Positions 31,745-41,404 of a stretch of 64,000 nucleotides of DNA are shown in pieces. Numbering within the stretch: the stretch's first letter is position 1; every line of letters starts with the position of its first letter. Below the pieces are notes generated by a model, which ran no database searches, had not been told where the DNA came from, and was given only the letters and a program-made list of their open reading frames with translations. Both the position numbers and the translations under genes were made by a program. This DNA comes from an uncultured Chloroflexia bacterium (GTDB taxonomy: Bacteria > Chloroflexota > Anaerolineae > Anaerolineales > UBA4823). The stretch covers positions 431,088-495,087 of the forward strand of contig CAVPJC010000001.1 in the NCBI GenBank assembly GCA_963705155.1, read 5' to 3'.

Positions 31745-32531
31745 TCAGCGGACAATCCGGAAATAAATCGACGCGGCCAGGACAATAAAGGCAGCGATCA
31801 TGATGCCGCGCCGCAAGTACCTGTCACGCACAGTGTCAGCCACTTCTCGGATGTAGATCCGCTTGTTGGTGAGATTAAAACCGCGGACTTCCAGCGCCAT
31901 CGCTCGAATTTCCAGAGATGCAAAACTTCCCATGACAACCGGCGACATCAGCGGCAGGTAAGATTTGAGGCGCTTTATCACACTGCCTTTAAGGCTTAAT
32001 CCCCGAGAGCGTTGGGCGTCGAGGATACGTTCAGCAGTCTGCTGGATATAAGGGATCAGTTGAAGGGTGGCTAAAACCAGATAGCCAACTTTCGGGGAAA
32101 CGCCGCGTTGACCCAGTGAAATCATAAGAGTCGCGCGGGTGAATCACCAGCACCATCATGAAGTAGGCGCTGAGGATTGCTGATAGCCGAGAGACAATCA
32201 TTGATGCAAACATAAATCCTTCCTGCCGGATAGCCAGGGGGCCAAGATGGAACAGGATGGTTTTCGAGCCGGGGTAAAAGAGTGAGTCTATCACGAACAT
32301 CATGACAACGATCGGTGTAGTGACGCGCAGAAACATCCAGCTAAATTCGCGCAGTACACCTGCTTTGATCACCAGGATCAAATTAAATGCAAAGATCACC
32401 AGCAGCCATCCAATTTGCCCGACCCCAATTCCCAGCAGCGTGACTGCTAATGTATAGGTAAGTATCGTGATGGGGTTGAGTTTGTGGATGAAAAAGTCGC
32501 CAGCAACGTAAGCTAAAGCGCTTTTACGCAT
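31745..32531 (-). pseudogene. ECF-transporter transmembrane (T) component, one frameshift
   Basis: Pieces 32031..32531 and 31745..32125 join near 32110. The protein is hydrophobic with the EcfT-like C-terminal segment AERILDAQRSRG...ALEVRGF. Confidence 0.7.
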
Positions 32532-32602
32532 GGGTTACTCCAAGTTGTGAGAAAAGGTAAGCGAGGGGAACCAGTGACAATTCCCCTCGCGACGACAGGT
32601 CC

Positions 32603-33257
32603 TCACCGAACGGGCGCCGCCACCGGTTCGGTGATTTCTTCCTTCGTTTCACCCAAGACCGTGAACGGAGCCCGGCTGAACCGGTATAATGTGCGCTTTG
32701 GCAGCGCCTTTATGATGAGAAAGGCAATGATCGCCGAGAGCACTTTATCTGAGCCATCAACCAGCAGGCTGGTGGTCACTACAGATTGCCAGATGTTGGT
32801 ACCCGTTGCCATGAGGAATGCGGTAAATGCACTGGAAGCGCCGGTGCTGATGCCGCCAAACATGAGTACCACAATGGGAGCGCCGATGGGAATATCCACC
32901 AGTTTCCCAACGAAGCCGGATATAGCAGCTTTCCAGATCGTGCGGTAGTATCCCTTTCCGGCCATGAAGCCTGCCACAAGCCCATGCGCGCCATTGACAA
33001 TGGCAAAAGCCAGGGCAGTCGGGCCTTCAATCGTGAAGGAGGCCACCACGTTGGTCAGAATGCCAGTGGCAAATCCTACCCACGGCCCAGCAACGACACC
33101 TGCAATCATCGTGCCGATCACGTTCAGCCAAAAGAGGCAGACGCAGCGACTGGGTAAAAAACTGTCCGACAATGTTGATGCCAACGCACAAGGGGATCAT
33201 CACGAGAGCCGTGGTGTTGAAATCCTCTTTCAGTTGTTGAGAAAACGTCTTCTTCAT
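32603..33257 (-). pseudogene. ECF-transporter substrate-capture (S) component, one frameshift
   Basis: MKKTFSQQLKEDFNTTALVMIPLCVGINIVGQFF (from 33257) joins 32603..33184 near 33140. The small hydrophobic (~215 aa) protein sits directly upstream of EcfT and EcfAA'. Confidence 0.6.
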
Positions 33258-33330
33258 TTTAGGTCTCCAATGAAAAAAATGCACTTGGCAGAGTCGTTAC
33301 CACATTGGCTTCCGGCCAAACGTTGGGGAA

Positions 33331-34600
33331 TTAATCACCTCCTTCCAACCCTTGAATTTGCTTGCCCTCCTGAGCAGATCTCAAAAATAACAACAAACAT
33401 CCAACGATAAGAAGAACGCCAGCCAGCAAGAAATAGATCAAACGGATCGACCCGGTCTGGTCGATCACCACACCTAAGAGAAACGGAGCGACCAAAATCC
33501 CAAGGGCTTTATTTTGCTGGAACAGGCTAAGCCGCAGGCCACACGTGCTCCGGGCTGCCAGCGTGCATGGCATCATGGTCAAAGACGGTCAACCAGTAGC
33601 CCAGCGCTACACCAGTGGCAATCAGACCGGTAGCAGACATCCACGGGACCGGTGCATATCCGAGCAGCGCCAGCCCGATGATTGCAAGGAGGCCCAGCCA
33701 CCCGAGTGTGCGGGTAGGGATCTCTTGGTGTTCACCATGTTTGCCAGCGAGGGCAGCCCCAACGGCCATCGCAAGAGGGGCGATCGCCAGCATGATACCA
33801 ATTTTCCGGCTGTCAAAGCCGAACAGGCTGGATGAATACGATCCAAGGAAAGTGTGGATCGACACCAGGGTGCCCATTACCAGGGCCGCGCCCAGGTAGC
33901 TGAAATGGAACTGGAATCTCTCTCGCACATTCGGTTGAGCCTGGCTTGGGCTTTCCGGTGGGCTCTTGAGATTGGGGATGATGACTGCAGCCAGAGCGAG
34001 GGCGAGTAGCGCAAAGACTGTGCTTGCCAGGAATGGTAGCTCGAGAGCGATGGCTGCCAGCGTTCCTCCCACAACTGGAGCCAGAACCGACCCCAGGCTG
34101 GTGACAAATTCCATCCATCCCAGCACTCGCTGACGGCTGCTCGCAGGGAATTTCTGGTGGATGATGGCGAGATAATGTGGAAACGCGCCAAGCTCGCCGA
34201 GACCCGATAAGCTGCGCCCCACCAGTACCAGAAAATAACCTCCCCAGCCTAGCCACAGAACGGATGCAACCAGCAGGCCACCTAACGCATAAGCCAGCAA
34301 CCCTAGAATGATGACCGACTTCCTGTTCACACGGTCGGAAACCCATCCCACCACAGGCTGGAGGCTCAGGCTTACCAGAGCCGGCAGCGAGGCCATTAAG
34401 CTGAGCTGTGCCACGCTAAGGTGGAACTTCTCCTGCAACCCGGGAAGAGCCGGGAAAATGACGGTCCCCATGAGCGTAGAGTTAAAGCCCAGGAAGAGTA
34501 AGAAGACACTAAGCGGGGTAGACAGGATCGACTTGTTACCGGGTTGGGCAGGTTGACTTCGCGGATGACGAGTTCGACATTTAAGACCTCGATGCTGCAT
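33331..34600 (-). pseudogene. MFS transporter, at least one frameshift
   Basis: Pieces 33527..34726 (real coding begins about MQHRGLK..., ATG 34600) and 33331..33582 join near 33560. Hydrophobic throughout, with a DRVNRK loop motif. Confidence 0.6.
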
Positions 34601-35541
34601 TTTCGTTGAGGTTTTGCGATGCGCTTGATCAGGGCTTGCGCTGCACATCTTCCTAATTTGTAGATCGGGACATGGATCGTCGTAATCCTGGGTGAAAAAC
34701 AAGCACTCATCGGCAGGTCTTCGCAACCAACTACCGAGATATCTTCCGGCACCCGCCAGCCATTTGTTACCAGCTCGCCCACTGCTCCATATACCATCAT
34801 ATCGCTGGAGAAGAATACAGCAGTCGGCGGGTCCGGCAGGCCTATGAGTTGCTTTGCCATTTCAACCCCGCATTCCAGCTTGAAATTGCCGTTCAGGATA
34901 TACTCGTTCGGCAGGGGAATGTGGTGGGCGGAAAGAGTGTCTACAAATCCCCGGAATCTCTCTCGTCCGGTGATTGTTTTCATCAAGCCGGTCACGATCG
35001 CTATTTTGCGGTGGCCAAATTTGATCAGGTGCTCGGCTGCCAGACGAGAAGCAGCCAGGTTATCGACCATGATCGAGTCGATAAACGGGCTGTCCGACTC
35101 GCGCTCGATATAGACGGTGGGGGTTTGGGTTTCGGGCAGGATATCGACCACTTCGGAAACGGAGGCGGCCTCGCTCATAATAATCAGCCCGTCTGCGTGC
35201 CCCTGGTTGACCAGCGAGCGGATAGAATATTCGAGCGACTCCTGCTCATCCGTGTTATACAGAGCGATACTGAGCTGCTTGTGGTTGAGTTCGTTCGAGC
35301 ATCCGCTGGCGATATAGCTGAAATAGGGGTTGGTAATATCGGGGATGATCAGACCAACGATTCCGGAGCGCCCGGTGACCAAACCTCTGGCAATCGGATT
35401 GGGAAGGAAGTGCAGTTCTTTGGCTACAGCTTGCACTCGTTCTAGGGTTTCAGGCCTCAGCGAGTCCGGCTGGTTGAAAGCACGTGACACAGTAGCTTTC
35501 GAAACACCTGCTCGTTTGGCTACATCCAGGATATTGGCCAT
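34536..35541 (-). CDS. LacI-family transcriptional regulator (3' end uncertain)
   Basis: Start at MANILDVAKRAGVSKATVSRAFN (ATG 35541), followed by a periplasmic-binding-like core. The frame as given stays open to 34396, running through the MFS start. A 1-nt slip near 34555 would end it at 34536 (about 335 aa, the usual LacI size). Confidence 0.75.
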
Positions 35542-35667
35542 AATCCCTACGTATATGAAAACGGTTTCTGAAATCGGTTTCATTTATAATATATCAATCA
35601 TTTCTCCATGTCAATAATTAAAAAAATTTAAATACATTACATCAAATAATTACGGGGAAGGTGCAGC

Positions 35668-36060
35668 ATGGATAAAATCCTATTGAACAATCTGCGATTT
35701 TTTGGGATATTGGGCGTAAACCCCGATGAGCGTATCAACCCTCAGAGAATATTGGTAAGCCTGGTAGTGTTCACTGATATCCACCGCCCTGGTCTGACCG
35801 ACGATATATCCGACGCGGTCAACTATGCCGAGCTGGCAGATAAGCTGAAGGAATTCGTCGAAACCTCATATTTCTTCACTGTCGAGGCTTTATCAACGAA
35901 CATCGCTGACCTTGTATTAGCCCAACCGGGGGTGTCTGGAGTGCGTGTGCGCGTGGAGAAGCCAGACGCCATCTCGTTTGCGGGATCTGTAGGCGTAGAA
36001 ATTAACCGCTGGCAAGGCAGCTTGCTGCAAGCACCCTTATCGGATGAGATTGAATGCTAA
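35668..36060 (+). CDS. folB: Dihydroneopterin aldolase
   Basis: Intact 130-aa ORF. LRFFGILGVNPDERINPQRILVSL...VNYAEL matches the FolB pattern. Confidence 0.8.
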   Translation: MDKILLNNLRFFGILGVNPDERINPQRILVSLVVFTDIHRPGLTDDISDAVNYAELADKLKEFVETSYFFTVEALSTNIADLVLAQPGVSGVRVRVEKPDAISFAGSVGVEINRWQGSLLQAPLSDEIEC

Positions 36061-36142
36061 GCGCCCAGACCCCAGAAGGTACCTTATGGATTGGAAAAAT
36101 ATTCGGACAGCAACGGAGTCAGATCGACCTGGGTATGCTCTC

Positions 36143-37570
36143 TCAGCAGAGAGAAGAAGGTCTCGTTGTAGCAATTCTACCGGATTGGCTCGCGACATAA
36201 TCCTGGATAAATGCGAAAAAGGCCGGGTCGCCTGTCAGCGTCCGTAGATCTTCCAGGAAGAGCGCCCCGTTGAGATAGATGGCATCCCGGTAGGCGCGGT
36301 AACCGGACGGATTGTAGATACTGCCGTCTACAGGGCCCTGCGGGGCGTAATACTTGATGCGATATTCCCACCACCATGCCAGTGCATCAGGATAAGCGCG
36401 TTCGAAAAACAAGCGCTCGCTGTAGGTGCACAGGGCCTCATCCAGCCAGGGCTGCAGGGCCTGGTCATTTCCCACCTGGGCGTAAAACCACTGGTGGGCA
36501 GTCTCGTGAACGGCGATTGCCACCAGGTATTCCCCCGGCGTTCCCTGGTACAGGTTGTAAAACCCGTTGCTGAGGAAATACAACCCATCGTATTCCATTC
36601 CGTCCAGAAAATCGGCTTCAACCACGCTCAGCAGTTGGCGCGGGTAAGGGCTAAACAATTCATTGTAAATTGCCAGCGATTTGGCGGTGGCATCCAGCAC
36701 GGCCTGCCCTGCCGCCCGGTGCACCGGGAAGGTATAACTCATGATGGTGACATCGCCTACGGTGGTTGTGGCAACCTCATATTCGGGGCTGACCGAAAAA
36801 ACAAAATTACGGGCAGCTTCATGCTCGTAACGGCGCCAGTCATCTTCGATGCGAGCCGGCGTGCTGGCTGCGATGGTGAGATCGGGGCGGGAATTGGTCA
36901 GGCTGATGTTGACGGTGTAGTCTGAAATTTCGTAAACCAGATGCTCGCCAAAAAAGCCGGCTTGATGGGCCAGCCAGCCTTCCCCGGCACGATACGGCGG
37001 AATGAAAGGATACCAATCCACCAGGTTGGTCTGGCGGGCGGTATAACCGAAGGGGATCGGCCGGACTTCAACTGATGCTGTGGGAGAAGGGAGCTGCAGG
37101 GCGAAAGAGACGCCGATCTTCAGGCTGTCGCCGGGTAACAGCGAAGTAACCAGAGGCAGGCGCAGCCTCCCGGTTTCAACCGTCATATTTTGCACGGTTG
37201 TGCCGTCCTGCCAGGTCAGGCTTTTGAGGGTAAAAACCCCCGGGTAATACAGCGCGTCTACCATGAGCAGCAATTCGTTGAGTGCATCTCCTGTATGATT
37301 GGTGTAGGCGATCTGTTCATCCACCTGCAGGTAGTGCAGGTCGTAATCCAAAACTGCCGTCAGGGTGTAATGGGTGCGCGGGACAATGCTTTCCCCGGGG
37401 GAGGGTTCAGGTGGATGCGTGGAAGCGGGCGGGCCGGGTTGATTTGTGGCGGTCGCAAAGGCAGTTGCCGCTGGTATGGGAGCGGGCAGGGCTGTCGGGA
37501 CGGCGGCCGGCGCCTGGCTTCCGCAGCCGGCCAGGTACAGCAGGAAAATCACACTGAGCGCAATCAACAT
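36143..37570 (-). CDS. M1-family zinc metallopeptidase lipoprotein
   Basis: Intact 475-aa ORF with lipobox LYLAGCGS and the gluzincin motif HETAHQWF-x18-E (WLDEALCTY). Confidence 0.8.
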   Translation of the reverse strand: MLIALSVIFLLYLAGCGSQAPAAVPTALPAPIPAATAFATATNQPGPPASTHPPEPSPGESIVPRTHYTLTAVLDYDLHYLQVDEQIAYTNHTGDALNELLLMVDALYYPGVFTLKSLTWQDGTTVQNMTVETGRLRLPLVTSLLPGDSLKIGVSFALQLPSPTASVEVRPIPFGYTARQTNLVDWYPFIPPYRAGEGWLAHQAGFFGEHLVYEISDYTVNISLTNSRPDLTIAASTPARIEDDWRRYEHEAARNFVFSVSPEYEVATTTVGDVTIMSYTFPVHRAAGQAVLDATAKSLAIYNELFSPYPRQLLSVVEADFLDGMEYDGLYFLSNGFYNLYQGTPGEYLVAIAVHETAHQWFYAQVGNDQALQPWLDEALCTYSERLFFERAYPDALAWWWEYRIKYYAPQGPVDGSIYNPSGYRAYRDAIYLNGALFLEDLRTLTGDPAFFAFIQDYVASQSGRIATTRPSSLC

Positions 37571-37599
37571 CGCCCGGCGCGAGGGGGGGGAAATTCCGT

Positions 37600-38616
37600 T
37601 TATGCGCTCATCTCCTCGCGCACTTTCTGGTACAGGGCTTCAGCTTTAAGCTCGTTGAGGGTGTAGCAGGGTGCATCCAGGTGCTCGGCCAGGGTCTGCG
37701 CCAATCCCTGGTCAAAGGCGGCGTGTTCCATATTGATCACCACGCTGCGGATCTCTTCTTCAGCGATTTGCTCGGCGATGCGGTGGGCTTCTTCCTGGGG
37801 GGGCAGGTGACCCATGGAAACGTTCCCCGCCCCATCTGTAAGCAGGATAATGAGCGGCATGACGTCCGGGTGAACCATGCGCTCTTTCTGCACCACCTGC
37901 TGGGCAAGGAACAACCCTGCGGAAAGGGGCGTCTTACCGCCCACCGGGATATCCGCCAGGGCGCGCTGCGCCAGTTGCACCGAGTTGGTGGGCGGCAGCA
38001 CCAGCGTGGAGCGATCCTTTTGAAAGACCACCAGGCCCACACGGTCGCGGCGCTGGTAGGCGTCGGTAAGCAACGACAGGATGGCGCCCTTGGTGGCCGC
38101 CATGCGCTCGGCAACCGCCATCGACCAGGATGCATCCACCACAAAGAGCACCAGGTTGGCAGTTTTTTTGATGCGGATCTTGCGCTGGTAATCGTTGGAT
38201 CGAATAGCGAAGGCAACGCGCTTGCGCTGCTCGGTGCGCTGTTTTTGGAAGGGAGCCGCTGCCCGCAGTGTGGCGTCGAAGGCCAGGTCATCCACTTTCC
38301 CCGGTGAAGGCCGGGCCTGGATGTAGCGCCCGCGCTTGCGCTCGGTGTGGGTGCGCGAGCGCCGTCCGGCATGCCGGCGGCTCATTTTATCCAGCGGGTT
38401 TTCAATTTTACGCGGTATAAATGCCTGCCCCACCTGAACTTTTTGCCCGCCATCCCACCAGTTTGCGCTGCCGCTGTCAAAGACGTTTTGCGGAGCCGGA
38501 TCAGACGGAGCTTTTTTAGGGTCTTGTTCGACCGCCTCGTCAACCGCGCTATCTACCGCTTTTTTTTTCCTGGTTCGACGGGTCTTTCTGGGGTGTGGGT
38601 TCAGGCTCGCCCGCAC
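37600..38616 (-). CDS. von Willebrand factor A (VWA) domain protein, ChlD C-terminal-half-like
   Basis: 338-aa ORF with a basic/Pro-rich linker, then a VWA fold with MIDAS-like DASWSM. It overlaps the upstream AAA+ gene by 68 nt across a T9 run and may in reality be fused to it. Confidence 0.7.
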   Translation of the reverse strand: MRASLNPHPRKTRRTRKKKAVDSAVDEAVEQDPKKAPSDPAPQNVFDSGSANWWDGGQKVQVGQAFIPRKIENPLDKMSRRHAGRRSRTHTERKRGRYIQARPSPGKVDDLAFDATLRAAAPFQKQRTEQRKRVAFAIRSNDYQRKIRIKKTANLVLFVVDASWSMAVAERMAATKGAILSLLTDAYQRRDRVGLVVFQKDRSTLVLPPTNSVQLAQRALADIPVGGKTPLSAGLFLAQQVVQKERMVHPDVMPLIILLTDGAGNVSMGHLPPQEEAHRIAEQIAEEEIRSVVINMEHAAFDQGLAQTLAEHLDAPCYTLNELKAEALYQKVREEMSA

Positions 38617-39652
38617 TGGATGCCGCTCCCTGCAGCTGCTCGATGCGCTCCTGCAGATCTTCCATGCTCATTTCGGCCTGATGGAAAGGACCGCGTTTGA
38701 TACGGTGCGGTAAAGCCAGCTCGGCGGCCAGGGCGATATCCCGGTCGGTAATCGCCTGCCGGCCTTCAAAGGCGGCGTGAGCCCGGGCGGTTTTCAAGAT
38801 CACCAGGTCAGACCGATGCCCATCCACATTCAGTGAGGCGCTGAGAGCCGCAATCGAGAGCATATCGCGGCGGGTGTAGCTGACATCGTCCACCAGAGTG
38901 CGGCCCTGCTCGATCTGGCGCGTGAGCTCCTGCTCTCTGGGGATCCAGGTCTGGCGAAAGTTCTCGGCGTCGCTTTCAAAGCCCAGGTTGCGCTCCATGA
39001 TCAAGACACGCTCACGTGCATCGCGGATGCCGTGGATTTCCACCGAAAGGGCAAAGCGGTCCAGCAGTTGGGGACGCAGGTCGCCTTCTTCGGGGTTCAT
39101 TGTGCCCACAAGTATGAAGCGCGCCGGATGGGAGAAGGAAATGCCCTCCCGTTCGACGATGTTCATGCCCATCGCCGCCGAATCCAACAGCAAATCGACA
39201 ACATGATCGTCCAGCAGGTTAACTTCGTCAATATACAGCAGGCCGCGATTAGCCGCCGCCAGCACACCGGCGTCGAAATGGCGTTCACCTTTCTGGATGG
39301 CTTTTTCGATATCCAGCGTGCCCACCACACGGTCTTCGGTTGCCGAGACCGGCAGGTTCACAAAAGCTGTCGTGCGCATTTCCATCGGCAGCGTTTCACC
39401 GCCTGCAGAACGCTCCCGGCACTCGGTGCACCAGGTGGCGGGGCGGTCAGGATCGCAGCCGAAACGGCAGTTGCGCACCACCGCTACTTGAGGCAGCAGG
39501 GCTGCCAGGGCGCGGGCAGCCGTGGATTTTGCGGTACCCCGCTCACCTCGGATGAGCACCCCGCCAATGCGGGGATCTACGGCATTCAAAACCAGCGCAC
39601 GTTTCATGCGCTCCTGTCCAACAATGGCTGTAAATGGGTAAATAGGCGGCAT
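38549..39652 (-). CDS. ChlI/BchI-type AAA+ ATPase (Mg-chelatase subunit I family)
   Basis: 367-aa ORF. FTAIVGQERMKRALVLNAVDPRIGGVLIRGERGTAKST (Walker A), LLYIDEVNLLDDHVVD (Walker B) and the ChlI-typical RFILVGTMNPEEGDLRPQLLDRF. Confidence 0.85.
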   Translation of the reverse strand: MPPIYPFTAIVGQERMKRALVLNAVDPRIGGVLIRGERGTAKSTAARALAALLPQVAVVRNCRFGCDPDRPATWCTECRERSAGGETLPMEMRTTAFVNLPVSATEDRVVGTLDIEKAIQKGERHFDAGVLAAANRGLLYIDEVNLLDDHVVDLLLDSAAMGMNIVEREGISFSHPARFILVGTMNPEEGDLRPQLLDRFALSVEIHGIRDARERVLIMERNLGFESDAENFRQTWIPREQELTRQIEQGRTLVDDVSYTRRDMLSIAALSASLNVDGHRSDLVILKTARAHAAFEGRQAITDRDIALAAELALPHRIKRGPFHQAEMSMEDLQERIEQLQGAASSAGEPEPTPQKDPSNQEKKSGR

Positions 39653-39767
39653 TTTTTCCCTCAGTTGCGATTATAACCGAGTCCTAATCTTATCATAAAG
39701 GTTGCCAACTTACCTTATCCGCTTTATAATGTACACTATCTCAATCCGCATTGGAGTAAGTAATTAT

Positions 39768-41153
39768 ATGGATCAAAATAATGCCCTCACCGGGCAGGGG
39801 GTCGAGCCCGAAGCCAACCAGCCTATTGAAAAAAAATCCGAAGATCGTCCCACTCAAGAACACAATTCGATGGAAACGCTTCTGGAAGAACAGGGGCTTT
39901 CCCTGGAAATCCCCAAACCCGGCGAAGTCCGCACGGGTTTTATCGCTTCAATCGGCGATAACGAGATTTTGGTGAGCGTCGGCACCAAATCCGAAGGGGT
40001 AATCTCGGGACGTGAATTGGAACAGATCCCCGCAGAAGAACGCGCCGCCTTCACCGTGGGCGCCGAGATACCCGTGTTTGTGGTGACGCCCGAAGACGCC
40101 AACGGAAACGTGGTGCTTTCGTATATCCGGGCCCGCGAGGAAAAGGATTGGTTGGATGCAGAGCACTTGCTGGAAGCTGCTGAACCCTATTCCAGCAAGA
40201 TTGTGGGTTACAACAAAGGCGGTTTACTGGTGCCGTTGGGCAGCCTGCGCGGCTTTGTGCCTTCTTCGCAGATCAGCCTTTCACGCCGGGCAGCCCTGGG
40301 CGGTGATACGCCTGATCAGCGCTGGGCCAAGATGGTGGGTGAGCCGGTGCGTGTGCGCGTCATCGAAGTGGACCGTGAGCGCCGCCGCCTGATCCTCTCG
40401 GAGCGCGCCGCTGTGCAGGAAACGCGCGAATCTTTGAAGGACCGCCTGCTGGGCGAGCTGAAGGAAGAAGATGTGCGCGTCGGGCGTGTGACCAGCGTGG
40501 CCGAGTTTGGGGCTTTTGTCAACATTGACGGCGCCGATGGCCTTGTCCATCTCTCGGAGATCTCCTGGGATCGCATCCAGCACCCCAATGAGGTGCTGAA
40601 GGTCGGGCAAGAGGTGAAGGTCAAAGTGATCAGCATTGATCACGACCGCCGCCGCATCGGGCTTTCCATCCGCCAACTGCAGGAAGATCCCTGGATGGCG
40701 CGGGTGAAACACCTCAAGGAAGGCCAGCTCATCGAGGGCAAGATCACCCACCTCACCAAGTTTGGGGCCTTTGCCCGCCTGGATGAAGACCTGGAAGGCC
40801 TGATCCACATTTCCGAGCTGAGCGAAAACCGCATTGCCCACCCGAAAGAGGTGGTGAAAGAAGGCGACCAGGTTACACTGCGCATCATTAAGGTGGACCC
40901 GGAACGGCGCCGCATTGGTTTGAGCCTGCGCAAGGTGGATTCGCCGGCCTATTCTGACCTGGACTGGAAGATGGCCCTGTCAGAAGAGGTGCACGGTGCA
41001 GATGCTGAGGTAGAGGCCGAAGCCGAAGCCGAAGTTGAAACCGAAGTAAAGGCCGAAACCGAAGTTGAACATGAAGTAGAAGTTGATGTTGAGCCCGAAG
41101 CTGATGCTCGTCCTGTAGCGGATGAAGAAACCGGCGAGCAGTCCGAAGCTTAG
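39768..41153 (+). CDS. rpsA: 30S ribosomal protein S1
   Basis: Start chosen at MDQNN (ATG 39768, GGAG upstream). Repeated S1 domains (G.V..V..FGAFV...DGLVH.SE.S) and an acidic C-terminal tail. Confidence 0.9.
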   Translation: MDQNNALTGQGVEPEANQPIEKKSEDRPTQEHNSMETLLEEQGLSLEIPKPGEVRTGFIASIGDNEILVSVGTKSEGVISGRELEQIPAEERAAFTVGAEIPVFVVTPEDANGNVVLSYIRAREEKDWLDAEHLLEAAEPYSSKIVGYNKGGLLVPLGSLRGFVPSSQISLSRRAALGGDTPDQRWAKMVGEPVRVRVIEVDRERRRLILSERAAVQETRESLKDRLLGELKEEDVRVGRVTSVAEFGAFVNIDGADGLVHLSEISWDRIQHPNEVLKVGQEVKVKVISIDHDRRRIGLSIRQLQEDPWMARVKHLKEGQLIEGKITHLTKFGAFARLDEDLEGLIHISELSENRIAHPKEVVKEGDQVTLRIIKVDPERRRIGLSLRKVDSPAYSDLDWKMALSEEVHGADAEVEAEAEAEVETEVKAETEVEHEVEVDVEPEADARPVADEETGEQSEA

Positions 41154-41181
41154 TCAATACTTCTTCTGATGGTGAATTGTG

Positions 41182-41210
41182 ACCGGCCAGGAAATCACCT
41201 GGCCGGTTTT
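41182..41210 (+). terminator. Rho-independent terminator after rpsA
   Basis: Perfect 10-bp stem ACCGGCCAGG/CCTGGCCGGT with a 6-nt loop, followed by TTTT. Confidence 0.7.
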
Positions 41211-41404
41211 GCTTGTATTGCCTGTGCTCACTCCTTACCTAAGAATTTCGTTAAATTCTCCCTGCTGCCATGATGATTACGCCTGCGCGTGGGCTTTTCT
41301 CTGGTAGAATTGCAATTGGACGAAAAGTCTCTTAATCGTATATGCATCTCGCTTTAGTAGCGATGGTTGTTGTTTGCTAGTTAGGAGGTAAACCCTTGGC
41401 TGGG

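Noticed and set aside
41396-41404. TTG at 41396 as the clpC start (track ORF MAGMERF...)
   Set aside because: The ATG at 41405 gives the canonical MERFT... ClpC N-terminus and is better placed relative to the AGGAGG at 41385-41390.
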